Shown piece after piece: positions 23,097 through 32,000 of a stretch of DNA of 32,000 bases. How positions within the stretch are numbered: position 1 is the first letter of the stretch; each line of letters starts with the position of its first letter. The position numbers were made by a program, and so were the translations under genes. Under the pieces are notes generated by a model. The model saw only the letters and a list, made by a program, of their open reading frames with translations. It was not told where the DNA came from and did no database searches. The DNA comes from Candidatus Electronema halotolerans (GTDB lineage Bacteria; Desulfobacterota; Desulfobulbia; Desulfobulbales; Desulfobulbaceae): the NCBI GenBank assembly GCA_942493095.1, contig OW818675.1, positions 2,460,001-2,492,000 on the forward strand. Reading direction: 5' to 3'.

Positions 23097-23975
23097 ATGA
23101 CGGACATGAACGGACAGCTGATCGGCAGGGCCGAGGTCATCGCCTTGGCCACAGACGGCTCCTCCTGCACAGACGGCGCAGTGCAGGAGGCTGTTTTTCT
23201 TGCCCAGACCTGCGGGGCACGGTTAGTTGTGCTGTATGTCATCCCGATTGATTCAGAATCAGCAATGGGCGCGCAGGCCTTTTCCGAAGTCGTGCGGGAT
23301 GAAATCAGCGGCCATATTGACAGCATTGAGAAAATGGCCAAGGATGCGGACAGGCCCTGCAAGGTGCTGATCGAGGAATCTTATCAGCCGGACAAGACCA
23401 TTGTCGAGTTGGCCTGGCAGGAGAAGGCGGACATCCTGATCATGGGCCGTCACGGCAGAACTGGCCTGCTCAAACTCTTGGTCGGCAGCATGACCGCCAA
23501 GGTGATCGGCCATCGCTTTCCCAAGGTGCTGGTGGTGCCCCGTGGTTTCTCCCTTGGCGGGGAAAAAATCTTAGTGGCAGTGGATGGGTCCAAGGCCAGT
23601 GACCGGGCCGCGGCTGAAGCGGTGGGCATGAGCACGCATTGCACCTATCTCAAGGAGGTGTATGTGGTCTCTGTGGCCTCGTCTGAAGACGGGCTGGCCC
23701 ATGCTCAGGAGCTGGCCGAGGCGGTCTGCGCCCAAGGCCGGGCCAAGGCACCGCATGTCACCTTCCATGCCCTGACCCCAGTCGGCAAACATGCGCCGGA
23801 TATCATTGCTGACTTGGCCAAGGAGAACAGCGTTGACATGATATTGGTGGGAGGCTATGGCAAGGGTCTGACCAAGCTGCTCATGGGCCATGTCACGGAA
23901 AAGGTCATTGGCAAGGCCCACTGCGCCGTGCTGGTCTTGGATGCGCAAGAAGAGGTGATGGCAAGCTCTGCATGA
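23097..23975 (+). CDS. Tandem universal stress protein (two UspA domains)
   Basis: There are two USP repeats, each ending with the G(R/G)(H/Y)G..G......GS(M/V)(T)..V......VLV pattern: ILIMGRHGRTGLLKLLVGSMTAKVIG..VLVVP and MILVGGYGKGLTKLLMGHVTEKVIG..VLVL. AAGGAG lies upstream. Confidence 0.88.
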   Translation: MTDMNGQLIGRAEVIALATDGSSCTDGAVQEAVFLAQTCGARLVVLYVIPIDSESAMGAQAFSEVVRDEISGHIDSIEKMAKDADRPCKVLIEESYQPDKTIVELAWQEKADILIMGRHGRTGLLKLLVGSMTAKVIGHRFPKVLVVPRGFSLGGEKILVAVDGSKASDRAAAEAVGMSTHCTYLKEVYVVSVASSEDGLAHAQELAEAVCAQGRAKAPHVTFHALTPVGKHAPDIIADLAKENSVDMILVGGYGKGLTKLLMGHVTEKVIGKAHCAVLVLDAQEEVMASSA

Positions 23976-24013
23976 TCTGAAAAGACAGGAGCCGGACAAG
24001 CATTGCCCGGCTC
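23976..24013 (-). terminator. GC-rich hairpin with T-tract on the minus strand; terminator of the permease-arsR unit and possibly bidirectional for the usp gene
   Basis: GAGCCGG (23989-23995) pairs with CCGGCTC (24007-24013), with extra CAA/TTG pairs inside. On the minus strand it is followed by CTGTCTTTTCAGA. It is copy 1 of a repeated element of about 35 nt (see 25741-25779). Confidence 0.6.
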
Positions 24014-24146
24014 GCTATCCAAATCGATCATGGAGGCATGATCGTGGCTGTGGTTTTTAGCTCAGGATTTCGTCATGCTCAATCCACAGGGGCAGATAGT
24101 GATTGAGAAAGGACAGCCCTTTTGCTGTATCCTATTTTCATGACGT

Positions 24147-24494
24147 TTAAAGGTGCTGCAGCAGCGCGGCCTGCTCTTTGCCCTGCGCTTTGATCACCGC
24201 CTCCACGCAGTTCATGAAGTTCAGCAGGCATGGAACTTTAAGCCGGTAGAAGACTTGCTTGCCCCGCTTGTCAACTTCGACAATCCCGGCCTGCTTGAGC
24301 ACGGCAAGGTGCTTGGAGATGGTGGAAAAGTCGAAGTCCATCATTTCGACAAACTCGCAGACGCATTTCTCGCCACCTGCAAGCTGCTCGGCCATCCACA
24401 GCCGGGTTGGGTGTGCAAGAGCCTTGAGCACAGATGCCTTGGCCTTATACAGCATCTTTTCCTGTTCGTTCATGGATATTTTTTGGCGCGGCAT
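24147..24494 (-). CDS. ArsR/SmtB-family transcriptional regulator
   Basis: ..LKALAHPTRLWMAEQLAGGEKCVCEFVEMMDFDFSTISKHLAVLKQAGIVEVDKRGKQVFYRL.. shows the winged-HTH region with a CVC motif. Confidence 0.88.
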   Translation of the reverse strand: MPRQKISMNEQEKMLYKAKASVLKALAHPTRLWMAEQLAGGEKCVCEFVEMMDFDFSTISKHLAVLKQAGIVEVDKRGKQVFYRLKVPCLLNFMNCVEAVIKAQGKEQAALLQHL

Positions 24495-24497
24495 CAG

Positions 24498-25559
24498 TTA
24501 AAACAACAGATTAAACAGCCAGCCTGTGAAGAGGATGCCGGTTCCGACCACAGCGGCAAAGACGGCGATCAGCTTGGGCTTGAGCACCTTGCGGAGAATG
24601 ACCATTTCCGGCAGGGACAGAGCGATCACGCTCATCATGAAAGCCAGCACCGTGCCAAGCGCCGCGCCCTTGCCGAGCAGAGCCTCCATCACCGGCACGA
24701 TGCCGGCAGCGTTCGAGTACATGGGAATGCCGAGCAGCACTGCCGCAGGCACGGCCCACCAGCTCTCCTTGCCCATGATCGCGGCCATGAAATCCTGCGG
24801 CACATAGCCATGCACTGCCGCGCCGACCGCAATGCCGGCAATCACATAGAGCCAGACCTTGCCAACAATCTCGCGCACCGCTGTTTTGCCCATTTCCACC
24901 CGGTCGAGCCATGTCAGCCTGCGTTCAATGACAATTTCCCGAACATTCCGCATGTCCTGCACCCAGTCCTCAATCCAATGCTCCAGATGGAGGCGGCCTA
25001 TGATCCAGCCGCAGCAGATGGCAATCGCCAGCCCAGAGCCAAGATAAATGGCGGCAGCCCGCCAGCCGAGCAGGCCATAAAGCAGGACCAAGGCGATTTC
25101 ATTGATCATGGGCGCGGCAATAAGAAAGGAGAAGGTCACGCCGAGCGGAATGCCAGCCTGAACAAAGCCGAGAAAGAGCGGCACTGCCGAGCAGGAGCAG
25201 AAGGGCGTGACAATGCCGAGCAGGGCGGCCAGCACATTGCCGACCGCCTCCTTCCGGCCTGCCAGATGCCTGCGGGCGCGCTCCTTGGTGAAGAAGGAGC
25301 GGATCATGCCGACAACAAAAACAATCAGGGTCAGCAGGAGCATGACCTTGGGCGTGTCATAGACAAAGAACTGCACAGCCTCGCCAAGATGACTGCCTTG
25401 CTTCAAGCCCAGCAGCGCATAGGCGAAGAAGTGCGAGAACGGCAGGAGCAGGCTGTAGAGAAGATACCAGAGGGCAAGGCCGACGATGCCAAGCAGCAGC
25501 ATCCGCCTTTTGCTCATCATTGCTTGTTTCGTGCCGCCGTCTGACTGAATGGATTCCAT
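24498..25559 (-). CDS. PF03773-type (ArsP/YraQ-like) permease
   Basis: It is a multi-TM protein with ..LLGIVTPFCSCSAVPLFLGFVQAGIPLGVTFSFLIAAPMINE.., characteristic of this predicted permease family. arsR follows after 3 nt. Confidence 0.8.
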   Translation of the reverse strand: MESIQSDGGTKQAMMSKRRMLLLGIVGLALWYLLYSLLLPFSHFFAYALLGLKQGSHLGEAVQFFVYDTPKVMLLLTLIVFVVGMIRSFFTKERARRHLAGRKEAVGNVLAALLGIVTPFCSCSAVPLFLGFVQAGIPLGVTFSFLIAAPMINEIALVLLYGLLGWRAAAIYLGSGLAIAICCGWIIGRLHLEHWIEDWVQDMRNVREIVIERRLTWLDRVEMGKTAVREIVGKVWLYVIAGIAVGAAVHGYVPQDFMAAIMGKESWWAVPAAVLLGIPMYSNAAGIVPVMEALLGKGAALGTVLAFMMSVIALSLPEMVILRKVLKPKLIAVFAAVVGTGILFTGWLFNLLF

Positions 25560-25638
25560 AGCATTCCTCGCTGATCAAACAAATGGTGAAAGGGCCTAAA
25601 TTTGCAAGCAAACTACGCAAGGGCTTGCGGCCTTGGCT

Positions 25639-25670
25639 ACACTTGCATATTTGGCATAATATGCAAGTGT
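25639..25670. promoter_or_regulatory. 12-bp perfect inverted repeat, candidate ArsR-type operator
   Basis: ACACTTGCATAT (25639-25650), an 8-nt spacer, then ATATGCAAGTGT (25659-25670). It sits about 80 nt upstream of the permease start codon. Confidence 0.5.
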
Positions 25671-25740
25671 CAGAGGCGTGTCAAGATAATTTTTTCTCTT
25701 TCTCATACTCCAGCATGGGAACCGCAGGCGGATCAGACCT

Positions 25741-25779
25741 GCGAAAAGAAAAGAGCCGGACAATCATTGCCCGGCTCTT
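25741..25779 (-). terminator. Orphan rho-independent terminator-like hairpin (copy 2 of the repeated hairpin element)
   Basis: AAGAGCCGG (25751-25759) pairs with CCGGCTCTT (25771-25779). On the minus strand it is followed by TTCTTTTCGC. No annotated minus-strand gene lies upstream of it. Confidence 0.5.
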
Positions 25780-26173
25780 GACACTTACTCTGATTTTTTG
25801 CTCCATCGCTCTGCGCCTCCGGTGATGATTCACAAGAAATTTCCCGGACAGCAGAAAAGCAAGTAAACAATACTATTGAGTTTTATTCAAGTCTTTTATT
25901 CAGCATGGTCGATTTTGAACATCGTTGCGCCGCGCTGAAAAAAATTACCGAAACATTGTTTTCATCTGCCAAGTTAAATTTCTGACAGAAATATATTACA
26001 CTTTTTTGTCTGAAATGTCAAAATGTTGATTTTAAGTAAAGTGTATTTTTATTGCATTAGATTCACGGATTCAGGAGTATTTTAGGACTTAACAGCCCTG
26101 CCCGTGCAGCGCACTGGAATAACAGGGAAACACCGGGCGGCCACAGAGGGCCGCCCCTGCCGGAAAGAGACAG

Positions 26174-26917
26174 ATGATCCATCATTTCGAGGTGCTTGAC
26201 TCCACCAGCAGCCATGCCCTTGCCTTGGCCCGGCAGGGCGCGGTGCAGGGCACGGTGGTGCTGGCGGATCAGCAAACTGGCGGACGCGGGCGGGCCGGGC
26301 GGCAATTCTGCTCGCCGCTGGGCGGACTGTACTTCTCAGTCATCCTCCGGCCTGCGCTGGACCCGGTGGATTTCCCGCTCCTGACCTTGGCTGCCGGGGT
26401 TGGACTGGCGGCTGGCTTGAGGCAGGCCGCAGATGTGCAAGTCCTGCTCAAGTGGCCGAATGATCTCTATCTGGCAGAGCGGAAGCTCGGCGGCATTCTC
26501 AGCGAGAGCGGGCTGCTGCAAGGCGGTCTGCCAGCCTTTGTCGTGGTTGGAGTCGGCATCAATGTCAGCGCCCGACCGGAAGACGTTCCGCTGGAGCTGC
26601 GCAGCAAGGTCATCAGCTTGGCCGAGGCAGGCGTGCAGAGCAGTCCGGCGGCTCTGCTGCTGCCGTCCTTGCTGGAAGAGCTGCTGGCGACGGTGCAGCA
26701 GCTTGAGAACAGCGGCAAGGCGGCTCTGCTGGCTGCATGGCGCAGGCTGGATTATCTGTTTGGCAGACCGCTGGAATACGACAGCGGCGAGAAGCTGCTT
26801 CCGGCCAGCGGCGCGGGCTTGGCCGAGGATGGGCGATACAGGATTGTCGATTGTTCCGGCAGAGAGCACCGGGTGATGGCTGGAGATGTCAATCCGATCA
26901 GGACAAGGAAGGGCTGA
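26174..26917 (+). CDS. birA: Biotin--[acetyl-CoA-carboxylase] ligase, short form without an N-terminal HTH
   Basis: MIHHFEVLDSTSSHALALARQG..ADQQTGGRGRAGRQF.SPLGGLYFSVILRP..LKWPNDLY...KLGGIL.E. carries the GRGRxGR biotinyl-AMP motif. Confidence 0.88.
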   Translation: MIHHFEVLDSTSSHALALARQGAVQGTVVLADQQTGGRGRAGRQFCSPLGGLYFSVILRPALDPVDFPLLTLAAGVGLAAGLRQAADVQVLLKWPNDLYLAERKLGGILSESGLLQGGLPAFVVVGVGINVSARPEDVPLELRSKVISLAEAGVQSSPAALLLPSLLEELLATVQQLENSGKAALLAAWRRLDYLFGRPLEYDSGEKLLPASGAGLAEDGRYRIVDCSGREHRVMAGDVNPIRTRKG

Positions 26918-27181
26918 GGGGACAATATCCTGCAAGGGTGATTCGTGAATCGCCCCTGCGAGACTAAAAAATTATCGTGACTGATCATCGGATATCTTTG
27001 AAAAACACTGGCACTTGGCATCGCAACTGGATAAATTGTGAGCAGTAATTTTTGGCGGCCTCCCTCCTTGGCTTGCTGAATCAGGAAACAGCAGCAATTC
27101 GATGACATGACTCACGCATTTTTTGAGACAGCAACACTCGACAAGGGTGCCATCAGAAACATGCACGTATCTCAAATCTAA

Positions 27182-29417
<2,236 letters not shown>

Positions 29418-29421
<4 letters not shown>

Positions 29422-30092
29422 ACAAAACAATTGCTGTCTGCGGCATTGACACCGGGGTTGGCAAGTCGCTTGTCAGCGGCCTGCTGGCCAAGTATCTGCT
29501 GGCGCAGGGCAGAAGCGTCATCACCATGAAGCCGGTGCAGACTGGCTGCGCCGGGCGGTCGGAAGACATCCTCCTGCACCGCCAGCTGATGGGCATTGAC
29601 TGGCAGCCTGCGGATGAGCAGGGCCTGACCTGTCCGTACTGCTTTACCCTGCCTGCCTCGCCGCATTTAGCTGCCGAGCAGGCAGGAGCGGCCATAGAAC
29701 CGGCCCGGCTTGATCAGGCTGCGGACAGCCTTGCCGCCCAATTCGACCAGCTCATTGTTGAGGGCGCAGGCGGTCTGCTGGTGCCGCTGACCCGCTCGCT
29801 GCTTTTTCTGGATTATCTCCAGCAGCGCGGCTGGCCCCTGCTGCTTGTCACCAGCCCCCGGCTTGGCTCGATCAATCATACTCTGCTGTCCTTGGAGGCC
29901 ATCCAACAGCGCGGCATGAATTTGCTTGGTTTGGTCTATAATCTGCACGGCAGTCATCCGTCAGAACTTGTCCGCGACTCGTTCCAAGTGTTTCAGGATG
30001 CGCTGGGCCGCTGCGGTTTTCCGCGAAAAATCGTCCTTCTGCCTGACCGCAGGGAAAGCCGCTCCGTGAACTGGGATGCCCTGTTCTGCTGA
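29418..30092 (+). CDS. bioD: ATP-dependent dethiobiotin synthetase
   Basis: MNKTIAVCGIDTGVGKSLVSG..KPVQTGC..P.SPHLAAEQAG..IVEGAGGLLVPL..SPRLGSINHTLLSLEA. The start overlaps the proB stop (ATGA). Confidence 0.88.
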
Positions 30093-30100
30093 CTGGCGGC

Positions 30101-30126
30101 AAAAATGCTGCGCTGCATTTTTTTTG
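30101..30126 (+). terminator. Rho-independent terminator after bioD
   Basis: AAAAATGC (30101-30108), a 6-nt loop, GCATTTTT (30115-30122), then a continuing T-run. Confidence 0.5.
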
Positions 30127-30155
30127 TTGACAGTCGGCATCAGTTCTGGTAATTT
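30127..30155 (+). promoter_or_regulatory. Sigma70 promoter for tRNA-Gly
   Basis: TTGACA (30127-30132), a 17-nt spacer, TAATTT (30150-30155). The tRNA begins 17 nt downstream. Confidence 0.55.
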
Positions 30156-30171
30156 GGCTCCGTTTCCAAGA

Positions 30172-30246
<75 letters not shown>

Positions 30247-30258
30247 CGTGACCATGCC

Positions 30259-30290
30259 AAGGTTCGGACGCTGTTCGAACCTTTTTTTAT
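30259..30290 (+). terminator. Rho-independent terminator after tRNA-Gly
   Basis: AAGGTTCG (30259-30266) pairs with CGAACCTT (30276-30283), followed by TTTTTAT. Confidence 0.65.
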
Positions 30291-30309
30291 TCACATTGAG
30301 GCGCGCATA

Positions 30310-30738
30310 ATGAAAACATACTACACGCCGGTGGACCAGATCGAGCGCAAATGGTTTGTCGTTGATGCTGACGGCAAAGTTCTGGGCCGCATTGCCACGG
30401 AAATCGCTGACCGGCTGCGCGGCAAGCACAAGCCGACCTTCTGCAATTTTCAGGACAACGGCGATTTTGTGATTGTGATCAATGCCGAGCGGGTCCATCT
30501 GACCGGCACCAAATGGGATGACAAAATATATTGGCGGCACAGCGGCTATCCGGGCGGCATCAAAAGCCGGACTGCCAAGGAAGTGCGGCAGAAGTCGCCG
30601 GAAGATCTGATCACAATGGCGGTCAAAGGCATGCTGCCGCATAACAAGATCGGCGCGGCCCAGCTCAAAAAATTGAAAGTCTATGCCGGAACCGAGCACC
30701 CCCATCAGGCCCAGCAGCCGCAACCTTTGGACATATAA
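30310..30738 (+). CDS. rplM: 50S ribosomal protein L13
   Basis: [44 protein letters not shown].. is the canonical L13 sequence. I chose the internal ATG at 30310; the track start at 30202 overlaps the tRNA. Confidence 0.95.
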   Translation: MKTYYTPVDQIERKWFVVDADGKVLGRIATEIADRLRGKHKPTFCNFQDNGDFVIVINAERVHLTGTKWDDKIYWRHSGYPGGIKSRTAKEVRQKSPEDLITMAVKGMLPHNKIGAAQLKKLKVYAGTEHPHQAQQPQPLDI

Positions 30739-30750
30739 GGGAGATTAGTC

Positions 30751-31143
30751 ATGGCGCAGGAGCAGACATACGCCACCGGAAAACGGAAAAGCGCGGTTGC
30801 CAGAGTCTGGATCAAACCGGGCAGCGGTCAGGTGGCGGTCAACAGCAAGGCCCCGGCAGAGTATTTTGGCAATATTTTCTTTGAGCCGAAAGTTGCCCAG
30901 CCCTTTGCGGTCACAGAAACCCTTGAGCAGTATGATGTCAAAGCCACTGTGCGCGGCGGCGGCAAGTCCGCCCAGATTGACGCGCTGGCGCATGGCATTG
31001 CCAAGGCCCTTCAGCTCGTCAACCCGGAGCTGCGCGAGTCCTTGAAAAGAGCAGGCCTGCTGACCCGTGACTCCAGAGTCAAGGAGCGGAAAAAATACGG
31101 TCAGCGCGGCGCACGGGCACGCTTCCAGTTCTCCAAGCGTTAA
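30751..31143 (+). CDS. rpsI: 30S ribosomal protein S9
   Basis: [26 protein letters not shown]...[25 protein letters not shown] is the canonical S9 sequence. Confidence 0.95.
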   Translation: MAQEQTYATGKRKSAVARVWIKPGSGQVAVNSKAPAEYFGNIFFEPKVAQPFAVTETLEQYDVKATVRGGGKSAQIDALAHGIAKALQLVNPELRESLKRAGLLTRDSRVKERKKYGQRGARARFQFSKR

Positions 31144-31180
31144 GAACGGAACACATTTTTTTACCCTGCTGTTTGCCAAG

Positions 31181-31214
31181 GGAGGAACAGGTTTGCCTGT
31201 TCCTCCTTTTTTTA
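31181..31214 (+). terminator. Rho-independent terminator after rpsI
   Basis: GGAGGAACAGG (31181-31191), loop TTTG, CCTGTTCCTCC (31196-31206), then TTTTTTT. Confidence 0.8.
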
Positions 31215-31294
31215 TGCGCTCCGACCTGTCAGGAACGAGCAGTCTGCGTTATACTCAAGCCAATGCCACGAGCAACCACTCAAGAGGAACTGAC

Positions 31295-32000
31295 ATGGCC
31301 CAAAGAAAACAAGCCAGCCCGCTGAAAAATCTTGCTGTCACTATCCTGATCGTTCTTATTGCCGGAGCCTTTCTGATCCTCAAAGGCAGCACCCCGGAAT
31401 TTCTCCGGCAGTACATTCCGCCCCAGCTACATTCGATTTTCTATCCTGACCAAAGCAGTTCAGGCGGCGGAGTGCAAATCGACAATCTGCCCGCCACCCA
31501 AGGCAACAGCACCATCACTTCTTTTTCCACAGCCAAGACCCAGCTCAAAAAGCTCTATGTCGGTGCCGGACACTTCACCACCTTTTACTGCGGCAGCACA
31601 TTTGACCAAGATTTCAATCTTGACCACAGCAGGAGCGGCTTTCATTATCGCGTGAATGAGGCACGGGCCAACCGGGTCGAATGGGAGCACATTGTTCCGG
31701 CAGAAGCCTTTGGTCAGAGCTTTTCCGAGTGGCGGGACGGCCATCCTGACTGTATGGACAGTAAGGGGCAACCGTACAAAGGCCGCAGATGCGCTTCCAA
31801 GGTCAATGAGCAGTTCAATTTAATGGAGGCGGACATGTACAATCTTGTTCCGGCCATTGGCGAGGTCAACGGCGACCGCAGCAACTACAGCTATGCCATG
31901 CTGGAGGGCGAGGAGCGCGAATACGGGGCCTGCAACATGGAGATCAGAGACCAGAAAGCCGAGCCGCCGGATGACAAATACGGCGACATTGCCCGTGGGT
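31295..32000 (+). CDS. endA: Endonuclease I family (EndA/Vvn-like) extracellular or periplasmic DNase, partial (runs off the right edge)
   Basis: It is missing from the ORF track because no stop falls in the window. Manual translation gives MAQRKQASPLKNLAVTILIVLIAGAFLIL (TM/signal anchor) ..SFSTAKTQLKKLY....TFYCGSTF....RVEWEHIVPAEAFG....EADMYNLVPAIGEVNGDRSNYSY.., the hallmark Endonuclease I motifs. Confidence 0.8.
   Translation, partial: MAQRKQASPLKNLAVTILIVLIAGAFLILKGSTPEFLRQYIPPQLHSIFYPDQSSSGGGVQIDNLPATQGNSTITSFSTAKTQLKKLYVGAGHFTTFYCGSTFDQDFNLDHSRSGFHYRVNEARANRVEWEHIVPAEAFGQSFSEWRDGHPDCMDSKGQPYKGRRCASKVNEQFNLMEADMYNLVPAIGEVNGDRSNYSYAMLEGEEREYGACNMEIRDQKAEPPDDKYGDIARG

Noticed and set aside
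24153-25544. 463-aa plus-strand ORF
   Set aside because: It is an antisense shadow of the arsR and permease genes, both of which carry strong family motifs. Its product is low-complexity and rich in H/Q/R/G/A.
27009-27025. Sigma54 (-24/-12) promoter TGGCACTTGGCATCGCA upstream of obg
   Set aside because: The GG-to-GC spacing is one nt too long, and the -12 element is TCGCA rather than TTGCA. No enhancer-binding protein gene is nearby.

Overview
This is a chromosomal window with moderate to high GC. The gene content suggests an anaerobic, deltaproteobacterium-like (Desulfobulbales-type) organism, but the taxon cannot be proven from sequence alone. All family names below come from reading motifs by eye; no database search was run.

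The window appears to straddle the replication origin. A dense, helically phased cluster of DnaA-box-like 9-mers lies at about 18.45-18.70 kb, immediately upstream of dnaN. Essentially every gene to its left is on the minus strand, and most genes to its right are on the plus strand.

Left arm (minus strand):
- Partial relA/spoT-family gene, with a degenerate hydrolase motif.
- A/T-richer ppk2.
- Translationally coupled NAD-linked [NiFe] hydrogenase operon hoxF-U-Y-H-W.
- Two-gene unit encoding an HU-like/DUF4469-like DNA-binding protein and a stand-alone CBM21-like protein. It is preceded by an unusual array of five dyad sites on a 23-bp register.
- DUF2254-type membrane protein.
- 1123-aa secreted delta-60-repeat protein with four tandem Cys-containing domains nested inside another domain.
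- Rpn-family nuclease/putative transposase.
- Decayed helicase gene.
- dnaN.

Right arm:
- B12/radical-SAM (DUF4080-type) protein, 5-formyl-THF cyclo-ligase and an HDAC-family deacetylase.
- PPP-family phosphatase and a tandem USP.
- arsR-permease pair.
- birA, then obg-proB-bioD.
- tRNA-Gly(GCC), rplM-rpsI and a partial endonuclease I gene.

I found no CRISPR array, integrase, canonical IS element or recognisable defence system.

The most unusual signals:
1. The phased dyad array together with the HU-like/CBM21-like unit.
2. Three cases where a short copy of a gene's 3' end is duplicated elsewhere in the same orientation, so that the two copies bracket accessory DNA.
3. A dnaN-linked origin with no dnaA in the window.
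4. The nested-domain surface protein.
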